Below, piece after piece: positions 36,301 through 49,692 of a DNA stretch of 64,000 nucleotides. Under the pieces are notes generated by a model. It made no database searches. It worked only from the letters and a program-made list of their open reading frames with translations, and had not been told where the DNA came from. Source of the stretch: Cetorhinus maximus (lineage: Eukaryota); NCBI RefSeq assembly GCF_964194155.1, contig NC_135887.1, forward strand, positions 63,798,001-63,862,000, in the 5' to 3' direction. Positions within the stretch are counted from its first letter, which is position 1. Each line of letters starts with the position of its first letter. Both the position numbers and the translations under genes were made by a program.

Positions 36301-39300
36301 AAAAAAACTTAGTCAACTCTTCCATGATTTTCTTTGTTGTAATATTTCTCAAAGTTATCGCTTCAAGAAACCCTGTAGACACATCAATTGTTGTCACTAA
36401 GTACTAATTTCCACTTTTAGTCTTAGGGAGGGGTCCTACACAATCAATCATGACCCTAGTGAAAGGTTCTTCCAATGTTGGAATTGGAATTAAAGGTGCT
36501 GGCTTAATCACTGCCTTTGGTTTCTCTATCACCTAACATGTGTGACATGTTCTACATAATTTGATTACATCCCTAAGCAATCCAGGCCAATAAAAATGTT
36601 TTTGTACTTCCGCCTGTGCCTTTCTAATTCCTAAATATCCCCCCATTGGAATTTCATGAGCTATCCTCAGAATCTCAGTTCTATGTCCAAATGGTATTAC
36701 AATCTGATGCACCTCCCTCCAGCTTTCATTTGCTGAAGAATAATAAGGCCTCCATTTTCTCATTAAAACATTACCTTTAAGGTAATAACATTTTGTAATA
36801 CATTTTGCCTCTGTTTCTGAGTAAGTTGTCTGATATAGCTGTTTTATTTGAGAATCCTTTTTCTGCAACTCCACCATCTGCCTTGACTTAAACACCTCAG
36901 CTGCATTGTCTTCCAGTCTTTCTTCCTGAACAATGTCATCAAAAACAGTGCCAGCTAATTGGACTTCCACATCTTCTCTCTGCCTTTGAACTTTCTGTTC
37001 TTCTTGTTTCATCCTATGAGCCTGTGATCTTGTTATCACACAATCTGGAAACAATCCAGGATGCTCTTTCTGCAACACTTTTGTTGAAAACACTTTTACA
37101 AATATCTCAACTACCATAGGCATCACTCACATCTGGAACCCAGCTACATCATTACTCAAAATAAATTGAACCCCTGCAATGGGCGATTTTTCCACCACTC
37201 CAACAATGACTTTGCCTGTTTTCCACTTACTCCTTAAATTCACCTTCCGCAATGGAATAGGTTTAGCCTCTCCATGAACCCCACTTATTATCACCTGCTC
37301 CTGCGTTACTCCCTCTGAACAAAAAATATCACTATCCCACAACATTAAGGATTGACTACCCCCTGTGTTTCTTAAAATTTTAACATGTTTACCTACTCCA
37401 CCCTGGACACGTGGAAAGACTTTCCCTTCACACAGAAAATCTTTAAACATTTCTGCATTCTGCTCCTCAGAATTCTCTTGGGTAAATTTTGAACACATTC
37501 CCACTTCTTTACCTATCACCGATTCTTCCTGCTTTACCTGTACACAAACCTCTGGTTTTTCCTGTGCCTGAACCTCAGAACCTACAATACTTTTACTTCA
37601 AGAACTTTTCTGCACCCCAATAATCCCAACAGATTTTCCCTGCAATTTCCAACACACTGGCTTCATATGTCCAACTTTATTATAATGAAAACACCTCAAT
37701 TTTTAAGTGTCACCTCTACCCTCAGCACCTTCCTTTTTGATCTGAGAAAAAAACTTCCTGGGAATTTCCAGCTACTCCTCTCCCCTGACTACCCACCTTC
37801 CTTTCACCTTCCCACTTTCTATCCTTTTCTGATTTAGAAAGGTGACAAAAAAAGGTTTAGCTCTATGAACTAACTCATAATCATCAGCTTTCTCTGCTGC
37901 TTTTCTTACCGTTTGAACCCTCTGTTCTTCCACATGAATTCTCACTATCAAAGGAATTGAGTCTTTAAATTCTTCCAAAAGAGTTGCCTCTCTGAGAGCT
38001 GCATATGTCATTTCCATCTTTACTGCCCATATCCATCGGTCAAAATTATTTTGTTTTACTCTTTCAAACTCAATATAAGTTTGCCCAGGCTGTTTTTCCG
38101 TATTCCTAAATTTCTGCCTGTATACCTCAGGAACCAACTTATATGCACTCAAAATAGTCTTTTTTTTTACCACATCATAGTTCACTGACATTTCTTCTGA
38201 CAGTGAAGCATAAACTTCATGTGCTGTACCCACCAACCTGGATTGTAACAATAATGCCCAGTTCTCCTGTGGCCATTTCATCTGCTTAGCTATCTTCTCA
38301 AGTGAAATAAAGAATGCTTCAACACCTCTTTCCTCAAATTTTGGATGAGCTTGTACAAATTTGAACATCTCCCCACTGGGTTTTAGGATAAAAGTTTTCT
38401 CATCATCAGAACTTTCCTCAGAATCTGATGTCTCCTTTTTAAAATCCAGCTTTTAAGCCAATACTCCCTGTCTCTTCATTCTCTCTTCCATTGCTAACTT
38501 TTCCCTTTGGAGATCAAGTTTTCTCATTTCCATTTCTTTTTGAAATAATCTCTCTTTTTCCCTTTTTTTTTGCTGCCTCTAGTTCAAGTTTTTTTCATTT
38601 CCAATTCTTTTTCCTTTTCATTTTCCTCCAGTTCAAGTTTTCTCAGTTCGTTTACTTGTTCAAATTCGGGCCTCTTCATTTCTAACTGAGGTCACACTAC
38701 CTCCAGCTGTCAGGTATCACTTCCAACTTCAAATGTTGTTCCAACACTTGAATTATGTCTGTTTCCTTTGCCCCTACAGGTAACCTCAACTGCAACTTAT
38801 CCGCCAACTCTGTTAACTTACCCTTAGATATTTTTTGCAACCCAATCAGAGTTACATCTTCTACTTCCAAAAAGGTTTAAGCCATGGATACAGCCATTTT
38901 TGCAGTCTCACCGCTTTAAAATTACCTCATATCAATTCCTGAATTCAAAGTGCTTCTCTCACTCGTAACTTTAAGATTCACCAGCTCTAAACCAATCAAG
39001 GAGGATCAGATACATCCCACAAAGAGCCCCCAATTTTGTTATGGCACAGCCAATGGTAAATGCTGAGCTGCTCAAATCCTAAAGGGAAACATCAAACAAT
39101 TGCCTCAACTGTTTTGCAATTTGTATATTTATTTCGAGATACGTGCCTTGAATTCAGTAGTAAATAGTCCACTGAGTCTTAGAGGGTTTTTACAAAACTA
39201 TATTAAACCTTTATTAATAAAAGAAATGATTTTAAGCAAATACATAGGTATACAAGTTACTACTATGATAACTCCCAGCTCCCTTGATTAATCTAACTCC

Positions 39301-39920
39301 CAGTTAAACCCCCGTTAAGGTAAGAGTAAAACAACATAGATTTCAACAGACCCAGGCAAAGCAACACGAGACCCTGACCTGTCGAAATCAAAGTGAGTTT
39401 TCTTAACTTCAGTTCTTTGTATACAGCAGCTTGATGCTTAGATGCTGGAGGCTTTTCACATGTATCTTAGATCTTAAAATGCCTGCCCTTACACATAGCC
39501 TTCTGCACTTTATACATATTTTCCCCTTTGAATGCAAATTCCCATTATTTCATTATGTCTTTAGACTCTACCTCTCTAATAATAAAAATCTACCATAGTA
39601 CTAATTTTACCAGTAATCTTTGGGAAAGATTACTGTTTCTTAACTTCTTGCTAGGTGTAACATTTCACCCCCCTTTTGAATTCAAGCTACTCTGGTTTAT
39701 TTAAAAATGCAAATGTTCCCTTTACACCTCGCATTCTAAAACTTCACAAATGTTTACCTATTTAGTATTTCAAACCTAGCTTCTCTTCTTACATCAAAGC
39801 CTTCAGACCAGCTGTCTTTAATTCAATTAAGACGCGCACACACACACACACAGACAGACCCTGCTATTAGTCTACAATAAACTCCAAAAGCATTATGAAA
39901 ATTATTATATCTTCCAGACA
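33341..39920 (-). mobile_element. Full-length Gmr1-like Ty3/Gypsy LTR retrotransposon (gag-PR-IN-RT-RNaseH), inactivated by stops and frameshifts
   Basis: LTRs at 33341-34230 and 39037-39920; TSD CTGC/CTGT. PBS TGGGGGCTC..GGGAT (tRNA-Pro-like, 39014-39032); PPT beside 34231. Gag 37772-38368; integrase zinc finger and core about 36700-35950; RT YIDD near 35215; RNase H 34512-34853. Confidence 0.95.
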
Positions 39921-40991
39921 CTGTTCACCATTTGGCTGGCTGGCATGTTAAAATTCTTGGGTCCTTCATCTGAGTTCCCAATACAGGCGAACCTGTATCC
40001 ATTCTTTTACTGATGTTTGATTATAAACTGCTGAAATGTGATAAGCCTGTCAACAAGTTCTGCTGAGAGACACTGTGACACTTTGGTCTTCTATCGCAGT
40101 ACAAAGTTGTTTCTCTTCATAAACCTGGTACATTATCCAGGGCTGGCTTTGAAATCTGCAATGTCTGATTTTCTTACCTGTTTCAGGGCGAAGGTTCAGA
40201 TAGATCGACGAGAAACTGAGTGTCAATTCTGACAATTTTCATTGATACATTTTGCAACTCCAATTTCCAACTGCGGCCACATGCTAGGCTTGTTTGCATA
40301 TATATTCTTCAGCACCTGCCTAAGCTGTGTGATGAGCTTCCTCCTATCTCTAACATTCTTCCCTGATATCTTGAATTCTGTTGCCGCTGCACAATTATTT
40401 ATCTTTTTGCAGTCTCTGTGACTTTAAGTTTGAACAGGGTTTGTATCTGCTGTTCTTTCTTGATACCACGTTGCTATATTAGTGGGCGACATTGGTGGGA
40501 ATGCAGCGTGCACCTTTAAGTTGGTAGCCTTGCCATGATGTGTTGATGTATACAGACATGAGCTGAACAGTTCGATAGTGTGCTATTCTATGGTTCTATC
40601 AGTGGGTAGGTTTGCACCGGGACGAGTTTGACTTCAGCGGTGAGCAGGTGGTAAGTACAAAGAGTTTGGATTTTTTGGCTTGTGTCGGGGGTCGACCTAC
40701 ACACAAGATCAACCATTATTTGAGTATATATGGGATGTACTTGCACCCTTTCCAACAGGGCTCACTGGAGCAGAATCACTGGCCAATGTTTCTACCTCTC
40801 CAGCTCAGAATTACAGGAAAAATCTGCGATCAACTAACTTGGCACAAATCAGGAATTAAATCAGGGATTTAGGTGCTTTCTTAAAGATTCTGTTCTACTT
40901 TATAATCTTAATGGAGCTCTATAATGTAACTTAGAGTCTCTCCTAATACTTGAAATGAGGAGTTGCAGTTATCCTTTTCTGTGTCTTTCAG

Positions 40992-41142
40992 AGGATCCTG
41001 CTATCCGAGGGCGTCTGACTGAATGCCTTGAAACTATTCTGAACAAGGCTCAGGAGCCTCCCAAGTCAAAGAAAGTGCAGCATTCGAATATCAAGAATGC
41101 TGTCCTGTTCGAGGCTATTAGCCTTATCATTCACCATGACAG
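40992..41142 (+). CDS. AP2A2: AP2A2-like exon 8
   Basis: [51 protein letters not shown]; 151 nt; AG/GTGAGC. Confidence 0.97.
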
Positions 41143-41514
41143 GTGAGCAGAATATGCTTGCAAAAATTGGGGTCAGCTGAGCTATGCAGATGACAAGGGG
41201 GAAACTTGAAGTGGTCTTCTGTTTACCTTATTATGTGTCCCCTTATTCCAGCTTTCCAACTGTGGCAGATCTCTTGTTAATTACCTACAAATCTCATCCT
41301 TAATTCATTTTCATTGATCAATAGTTATAATTTTCTTCCAATCTGTAAATAGATTCCTCGTTGCTTCTTGACTCAGCCCAGTCAAACTTTATTACATCTG
41401 GTTACACATCTTGTCCAAGTCATTTTTTAATTCTGCACAACCTACTCCAGTTCCACTGTCCATTCTAGTTTTCAGATGCACCGGATTCATTTTATGGGCT
41501 ACATGAGTCCAAAT

Positions 41515-41935
41515 GATGCCATTGAATGACACGGGACGATGTTTAGATTCTCTCTTGTTGGAGATGATCATTGCCTGGCACTTGTGTAGCGTGAATGTTA
41601 CTTGCCACTCATGAGCCCAAGCCTGAATGTTGTCCAGGTCTTGATGCATTTGGGCATGGGCTGTTTGAGTATTTGAGGAGTCACGAATGGTGTTGAACAT
41701 TATGCAATCATCAGTCAACATCCCCAACTCTGACCCCAACTATGATAAAAGGAAGTTCATTGACGAAGCAGCAGAAGATGGTGGCCCTAGAACACGAGCC
41801 TGAGGAACTCTGCAGTGATGTCCTAGAACTTAGATGATTGGTCTCCAACAACCACAACCACCTTCCTTTCTGCTTGGTATTACTCCAACCAGCAGAGAGT
41901 TTTCGCCCTGATTCCCATTGACTCCAGTTTTGCTA
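41515..41935 (-). mobile_element. LINE RT fragment (L2/CR1 group)
   Basis: ORF 41392..41739 MLTDDC...QDLDNIQAWAHEWQVTFTLHKCQAM. Confidence 0.75.
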
Positions 41936-41939
41936 GGGC

Positions 41940-42210
41940 CCTCTCTCACACCCCCATCCCCTCAGCCCCCTCACACAACCCCACTCCTCCACCTTCTCAC
42001 ACTCCCACCCCCTCAGCCTCAAACACACATCCATCCCCTCAGCCCTCACACACATCCCATTTCCCACCATCCCCTCAGCCCACACACCACACACACACAC
42101 GCACACACACAGGCCCCACACACCCTCATGCAATGAGCCCTGTCTCTCACTCACTCACACATACACACAGCCATTTCTCTCACGCACACACACACACTCT
42201 CAGCCCTCTC
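41940..42210. repeat. C/A-rich low-complexity sequence with (CA)n
   Basis: Repeated CCCCTCAGCC motifs and CA runs. Confidence 0.8.
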
Positions 42211-42776
42211 TCTCGGTGGAGCAATTTTAATTGGGGATGCACAAGAGGTGAGAATTAGAGGAGCGCAGATATCTTGGAGGGTTGTGGAGCTGGAGGAGAT
42301 TACAGAGATGGAGGGATTTGGAAACAAGGATGAGACTTTTAAAATCATTAGCTGCTAAATTCCTGTTACACTATTGAATCTTTGATGCTTAGATGCATAG
42401 AAGGCCGCAGTTTGGTCCATTGTGCCTGTGTGAGCTCCGAAACTAATCCCTTGACCTGCTTTTTCTCCATATTCCTGCATCTGCTTTAAATGTTCATCAT
42501 CTGTCCCATCAATCTCACCATACACCAGCTATTCTGTATGAACTAAATTCTCTCATCTTTCTCCCTCCTCACTCACTCAGTGACAGTTTCAAATTGGTGA
42601 CCCCTCATTACTTGATTGCCAACCAGAAGGATCTCCAGTAAATCCTCCAGTAAGAACCTCCAGTAAATCCCCTTTTAAGCTCCTGTTAAGTTTTTGGCTT
42701 AATCAGTTTAAAGGTTGGTTGACAGTTTCATAACAGTGATCCCATTATTTTGTATAACATTATTGTGTTTTTATAG

Positions 42777-42945
42777 TGAGCCCAACCTACTTGTACGTGC
42801 TTGTAATCAGCTGGGGCAATTCCTGCAACATCGTGAGACCAACCTGCGATACCTGGCCCTGGAGAGCATGTGGCTGCTAGCTAGCTCCGAATTCTCTCAT
42901 GAGGCAGTAAAGACATACATTGATACAGTCATCAATGCGCTCAAG
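42777..42945 (+). CDS. AP2A2: AP2A2-like exon 9
   Basis: [56 protein letters not shown]; 169 nt; AG/GTAACT. Confidence 0.97.
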
Positions 42946-43602
42946 GTAACTGCACTTACTCCACCCCCCTGCATTTGTCTGGTTTTACCCCCAACACTGT
43001 ATTTACAAAAAACGCACCATCTGGGTGGGCAAGGAGGCATTTTACAACAGGTGTCGCTTTTTGGCACTGAAGATAGCAGAATACAGTTGGTCTGTCCAAA
43101 TACCTGGGTCCTGTATATGTCAAACCTGTAAGCAGCACAACAATTTTTACCCAATGCACCTGCATTTACGCAGAGACACCAGCGCATCTATATTTCTGCA
43201 CTGCCCTCTGCCCCTGCCTGGCCTTCTGCAGGAAGCACCCCCTACTAAGCTCCGCAGTGTGGCCCATGAACAGACTTTGACTTTAACTCATCACTGAGTA
43301 TCAGAATTGTGAAGTTCCTTTAGTTCTTCTGCCCAGTTCCTTTAGTTCTTCTGTCCCAATACACTTGGATCTCCATTTTAATCTTTTCCCTCCAACTAAT
43401 TTTGTGCATTGTAGAACTTGCGCACTGATTTGAATGTCTTAGTGGAAAAAGCGTGATTGTAATTCTGTCCTTTGTTGCCGAGGCAGGTGTTGTGAAAGAT
43501 CAGATTGAGGGATTGAACATTAACCTTAAAGAAAGCCCTGCTCTGTTGGTCAGTCATAGCCCAATAGCCCGTGGGTCACTGACTTTGCTGTTTGTTTGGC
43601 AG

Positions 43603-43740
43603 ACCGAGAGGGATGTGAGTGTGCGACAGAGAGCAGTGGATCTCTTATATGGGATGTGCGACCGGAGCAATGCCCAGCAGATTGTGGCAGAGATGCTGAA
43701 TTATCTGGAAAATGCTGATTATTCCATTCGGGAAGAAATT
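43603..43740 (+). CDS. AP2A2: AP2A2-like exon 10
   Basis: [46 protein letters not shown]; 138 nt; AG/GTGAGC. Confidence 0.97.
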
Positions 43741-44199
43741 GTGAGCCCTCCTATCTTTGAATGATTGTACCTGGTATCTATTAGTACTCAGACACTTTGT
43801 TGTTTCGTTTCCACTCCCTTCCTGCAGTAACAGAAGTTTTACGGGTTCAGAATATAACTTGCTTCTATTTTCTATTAACTCCAGCAAGTTTTCCTGTGTT
43901 ACACAACACCTAAGGGTGACAGGACAGGTGAAGAACTAGGTTCGGATGGATAACAGGGTGGAATGCTTGACCAGAAACAGTAATGGAAGCAGAATCCATA
44001 AAAGCCTTTGAAAGAGAAGTGAAATAAATATTTGAAAAGACAAATTTAAATCAGTGTGGGAAAAGGTACTCTGAAATGGGACTGAGGGAGAAGTAAATGA
44101 ATTAGTAAGTGTATAAACACAGAGCAGGTCTACAGGTATTCATCAAAATTAATAGCTTAAACAGGGTACTAACTGGGAACAGAGCTTTTGTTTACTTCA

Positions 44200-47100
44200 T
44201 GGATGGGCTTCTGAGACTTGTTCTTTGCAATTCCTACACCATGTGTCTGGTGACTATGTATGTGGGATTTCTGAGCTTCAGGGGCAGTTGGAGCCACCAC
44301 GGAGCAGCAGGGAGGACGAGAGTTTCCTGGATCATACGTTCCAGGAAGTGGTCACCTTGCAGGCAGTGAGAGGTCAGCATAGTAGGTGGGTGGCCATCCA
44401 TAAGATGAGGAAGAGGCAGATAGTACAGGAGTTTTTTGGGTGTGCATCACCCTGTGGGCAAGGGATTGTACAGGAAGGAACAGAAAAACTTAGAACTGTA
44501 GTTGCTTTAGGAGACCCCATAGTTAGGGAGGCAGACAGGCATTTCTTTAACTGTTATTGTGCATGCTCTGTTGCCTCCCTGGTGCCAGGGTAAAGGGCAT
44601 CATGGAGAGGGTGCAGAATAGGGGGATGGGAGTGAGCCAGAAGCTGTGTGGTACATGTTGCCACCAACGACATAGAGAGGGCAGGTATTGAGGGCAGGCC
44701 CTGAGGTCAAATTTTCATGAGCTAGGGAGAAGTTTAAAAAGTAGGATCTCATGGGTAGCAATCTCTGGATTACTCCCAGTACCAGGCACCCTCCAGTGTA
44801 GAAACAGGAAGGTAGGGAGGATCAATGCATGGCTTGAAGCATGATGCAGGAAGGAGGGCTTCAGATTCTTAGGGCTTTAGGACCAGTTCTGGGACAGAAG
44901 ACACCTATTCATAAGGGATGGGTTGTATCTCAGCAGGACTGGGACCATTGCCCTCATTGGGAGATTCACTAGTGTGGCTGGAGAGGGTTTAAACAAAGTT
45001 GGTAGTGGGGGGATGGTGATTGGGCACCAGTAAATCGAAGTAGGAAAGAGAAATAAATGTATAAAGTGAGATTATTGGACAGTACCAGAGAAGGAAGTAG
45101 TTCCATATTAGATAAAAGCAGACTAAGGAGGACTGTGAGGAATGCAAAGATAGGATTACAATGCATGTATGTTCACACACAAAGTGTGGTAATTTGAGGT
45201 TGGTGAGCTACAAGCACAAATAGCATATGATGAAGAAGAAACAATGGAATCCTGCCTCAAAAATGGTGAGGACGGGCACTTAATATACAAGAATATATTG
45301 TTCAGAAGGGCTTGCCTTAATCTATCAATCTTCCATAGATATGGGAGGATTGGAGAGTGGCAAATCTAACACCCTTATTCAAGAAAGAGTGCAAGGACAG
45401 TCTTAACATCTACAGGCTTGTTAGTTTAATATCAGTGGTGGGTAAGGTTTTGGAATCCAAAATCAGGGAAAAAAATCAACAGCCACTTGGAGAGGTTTGG
45501 GTTAATTAAGGAGAGCTACCATGAATTTGTAAAAGGCCGATCGTGCTTGACTAATCTAATTGAATTTTTTGATGAAGTAACAGAGAGGATTGACAAAGGG
45601 AATGCAGTGGATGTTGTCTATATAGATTTCAAGAAAGTACCTGACAAGGTACCACAGAAAAGGCTGATTAACAAAATTGAGGCTCATGGAATAGGAGAGT
45701 CAATGCCAACATGGATTAAATATTGGCCGAAGGGCAGAAAACAGCCAGTCGAGTAGTTGGTTGATTTTCAGACTGGACTATGGTAGACATTGGTGTTCCC
45801 CAAGGGTCACTGCTTTTTTATAATATATAAATGACTTGGATATTGGAATACAGAGAAAAATTTCAAAAGTTGCCAGTGATATCAAATTTGGAGGAATGGC
45901 AAATAGTGAGGATGATATAATTGCCTGCAACAGGACGTAGATAGGCTAGCAGAATGGTCAGACAAGTGGCAGATAGAATTTAATACAGAGAAGTGTGTGG
46001 TGAAACATTTTGGCAGGAGGGATAGGGAAGGCAATATAGACTAAATGACACAATTCTAAAGAGTACGCAGAGACAGAGGGACCTGGGGGTTCATCGATCT
46101 TTAAAGGTGGCAGGACATATTGAGAGAGCACATGGGATCTTGGGCTTCATAGGAAATAGGAGCTAATGTAGGCTATTCATCCCCGCGAGCCTGCTCCATC
46201 ATTCAACTAGGTCATGGCTAATCTACCTCAATGCTATTTTCCCACACTATTCCCATATCCCTTGATGTCTTTAATGCATAGAAATCTATTGATCTCATTC
46301 TTGAACGTACTCAATGACTAAGCCTCCACAGCCTTTTGAGATGGAGAATTCCAAAGGTTTGCCACCCTCTGAGTGAAGAAACTCTTCCTCACCTCAGTGC
46401 TAAATGGCCTGCTCCTTATGCTGAAACTGTGTCCTCAGGCTCTAAACCACCCCCCACCCCCATATCCAGTTATCACATCCTTTATAATAGATTCTAGACG
46501 TCAGGCTAACAGGTCTGTAGTATCTTGTTTTCTCTCTCCCTCCTTTCTTAAATAGTTACATTTGCCACCTTCCAATCTGCAGGCATCGTTCCAGACTCAA
46601 TAGAATTTTGGAAGATGACCATTGACTCTTCCACTATCCCTGCAGCCATCTCTTTCAACACTCTGGGATGTAGATCATTATGTCCAGAGGATTTATCAAC
46701 TTTCAGTGCCATTAACTTCTCCAGTATTACTTTTTTAATAATAATTTCATTCAGTTCCTCATTCTGAGTAGTCCTTTGTTTCTCTAGTATTCATGGGAGA
46801 TTTTCTGTATCTTCCTTCATGAAGACAGACACAAAGCATTTGTTTATTTGCTCTGCCATTTCCTTATTCTCCATTATAAATTCTCCTGTCTCTGCGTGTA
46901 ATGGACCCATATTTGTCCGTGCTAATCTTTTCCTTTCTACAGACCTATAGAAGTTGTTACTGTCCGTTTTTATGTTTCTCACTAGTTTACTGTCACATTC
47001 TAATTTCCCATTCTTTATCAGTTTCTAGGTCCCCTTTTGCTGAATTCTAAAAAGCTCCCAATCTTCAGGCTTCCTAGTTTTGGCAACTTTATTAACCTCT

Positions 47101-48065
47101 TCCTTTGATCTCATACAATATTTAACTTTTCTTAGCCACGGTTAGATCACCTTTCCTGCTGGGATTTTGGGTCTCAAAGGAATATAAATTTGTTGTAATC
47201 CATGTATTAATTCTTTAAATGCTAGCCATTGCCTGTCTATCATCATACCTTTTAACATAGTTTCCCAATCTACCACAGCCGACTTGCTCCTCATACCTTC
47301 GTAGTTTCCTTTGTTTAGATTTAAGAGCTTAGTTTCAGATTGAACTACATCACTTTCAAACTTCATGTAAAATTCTAGCGCATTATAGTCACTTAAATGC
47401 TCCTTTGCAATGAGATTATTAATTAGCCCTTTCTCGTTGACAAGACTAGACCCAAAATATCCTGTTCTCTAATTGGTTCCCCAACATACTGTTCTAAGAA
47501 ACTATCATGTATACATAAGTCGAGGCATTTGGTACAAAAGCAGGGAAGTTAGGCTGAACCTTTAGAAAGCTCTGGTTAGGCCCCAACAAGAATACTGTTT
47601 CCAGTTCTGGTCACTAAACTTTAAGAAAGATGTGAAGCTCTTTGAGAGGGTGCAGAAGAGATTTACCAGAATGGTTCTAGGGATTAGGAGGGGCAGGGGT
47701 GAGGTTTAGTTACAAGGTTAGGTTAGAAAGACTGGAGTTGTTCTCCTTGGAGCAAAGAAGATTTGATAGAGGTGTACAAGATTTGACAGGTTTGGATAAT
47801 GTAGAAAAGGAAAAATTCTTCCCATTAGCTGATGGTACAAGGACTAGAGGATGCAGTTTTAAGATTTTAGATGAGATGCAGGGGAATGTGAGGAAGAACT
47901 TTTTATACAGCGAGTGGCAATGAACAATGCTGAAATCAATAATTTCAAAAGGAAATTGGATGGTCACTTGAAAGAAGTCAACCTGCAGGGAACCGTGAAT
48001 AGAGTGGGGAAATGGGATTGACTGGATTGCTCCGTGGACAGCTGGCATGGAGTCAGTGGGCTGAA
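44200..48065 (+). mobile_element. Degenerate CR1 LINE (ORF1 esterase and deleted ORF2), interrupted by a reverse CR1
   Basis: VVALGDPIVREADRHF (ORF1 SGNH-like). RT motifs in ORF 45487. RT reading stops at LGFI near 46150 and resumes near 47516. 3' region in ORF 47699. Confidence 0.85.
46147..47515 (-). mobile_element. Internally deleted CR1 LINE nested in the opposite orientation
   Basis: Reverse 3' UTR at about 46150-46440. ORFs 46791 and 47142 (LNLNKGNYEGMR). Confidence 0.85.
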
Positions 48066-48099
48066 TGGATGAAGAACAGGGGAATGGGGATGTGGGGAG

Positions 48100-48830
48100 A
48101 AAATTTTCAGTACGCTGATACCAATCATTGGTCTTAGTCTGGAGAGCTTCAACTATCCTAATGTGCACAACCTTTTGGGGAAGGAAATTTGTGCTGAGCT
48201 CTAATTTTAAGATCATGCCCCTTGTCCTGGATTCCCCTTAACAGGAAACACTTTCTGTCTCTATTATGGAATCCTTTTATCATTTGAAAAACCTCAATTA
48301 GATCATTCCTCAATCTTCCATATGAAAGGGAATATTAGGCACGTTCATGCAATCTATCCTCATAGTCTAATATTTTTGACTCCAGTATCGTCATGGTGAA
48401 TTTATGTCAATCAATTTGTGAACCAGTATATCTTTACTGAGGTATGGTGTCCAGAAATGGGGTTTGATTAAAGCTCTGTACAACTGTCATATTACTTCTA
48501 TGCCTTTGATTACAGCTTCTTTGAGATAAAGGCCATCATTCCACCAGCCTCTTTGTTTTTTCATATTTTGCACTAATGTCTGGGATTGTGTATATGTATA
48601 TTCACACTCCCCCACATTGAACTCCATTAGCCAGTTTTGTCCGCTTATATTTTTATGTTTCTTTGTAACTTCCTGCACCCATCTGCACTACGTATTGTGC
48701 TTAGTGCTATGTACAAAGTTGAACATACACTTCTCTATTCCCTCAACCAAGTCATTGATAAATATGCTGAAAAGCTAAGTCTGCAGTACAGATTGCTGGG
48801 GAATACCACTTGTAACATCCCGTCAATCAG
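48100..48830 (-). mobile_element. Old CR1 fragment
   Basis: WLMEFNVGECE and SGIPQQSVL-like motifs on the minus strand. Confidence 0.6.
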
Positions 48831-48954
48831 CATATATACCCTCCCTTTATTCTCTGTGTCTTAACCGTGCACCCGCCCCTGACAAATTTGCAGCCTATGC
48901 TACAAGGTTCCTTCCAATGCAGTATGCCATCTATTTTGCTGCAAAACTCTTGGG

Positions 48955-49425
48955 AATATTTGATGGGGACCTTTTAGGGGAACTTCACTCTGCACTTAAC
49001 CCATTCTGTACCTGCCCTGGGAGTGTTTGATGGGGACAGTGTAGAGGGAGTTTTACTCTGTATCTAATCCCGTGCTGTACCTGCTTTGGGAGTGTTTGAT
49101 GGGAACAGTGCAGAGGGAGCTTTACTCTGTATCTAACCCCATGCTGTACCTGCCCTGGGAGTGTTTGATGGGGACAGTGTAGAGGGAGCTTTACTTTGTA
49201 TCTAAGCTAGTGCAATACCCGCCCTGGGACATTTTGATGGGACAGTGTAAAGGGAGTTTTACTCTGTATCTAACCCCATGCTGTACCTGTATTGGGAGTA
49301 TTTTATGGAGACAGTGTAGAGGGAGCTTTACTCTGTGTTTAACCCCATGCTGTACCTGCCCTGGGAGTGTTTGATTGGACAGTGTAGAGAGAGCTTTACT
49401 CTGTATCTAACCTGTACCTGCCCAT
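48955..49425. repeat. About 70-bp minisatellite, about 7 copies
   Basis: Unit GGGAGTGTTTGATGGGGACAGTGTAGAGGGAGCTTTACTCTGTATCTAACCCCATGCTGTACCTGCCCT. Confidence 0.92.
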
Positions 49426-49692
49426 GGTGATGCTGACCAACTGAAATGAAAATGATCCATTATCCAGTATGAACATCCCTCACGTTGAGCACAGACCTCA
49501 ACAGAAATTAATCATGGATTTGCCATTCAGGCAGATTTTCAGAGAATTTTAGTGGCTTCCAATTCACTATGTGTTTTGAGTGGTGGAGCATCCTAGGAAG
49601 TGTCTACACCCTCACCTTTGTGCAGGAATCTGCATCACTGATCACTGTCCTAGTGAAGAACTGCAGTTGAAGTTGGGATTTCATCTCTCAAA

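Larger units (their letters stand above)
31422..40733 (-). mobile_element. pogo/Tc2-type (POGK-like) DNA transposon, degenerate, interrupted by two LTR insertions
   Basis: Imperfect TIRs CCATGTATACTC / CCATATATACTC. Minus-strand transposase pieces: FKLKV..NNCAAATEF, WPQLE, FKASPG, IGNSDE..FNMP, VGEKT..TSHENSRFTVVL, KGWMDEDG, LCEWVEEAWDEI..VIKSF. Confidence 0.85.

Noticed and set aside
40988-40994. NAGNAG tandem acceptor at exon 8
   Set aside because: The sequence is CAG-AGG, so there is no in-frame second AG.
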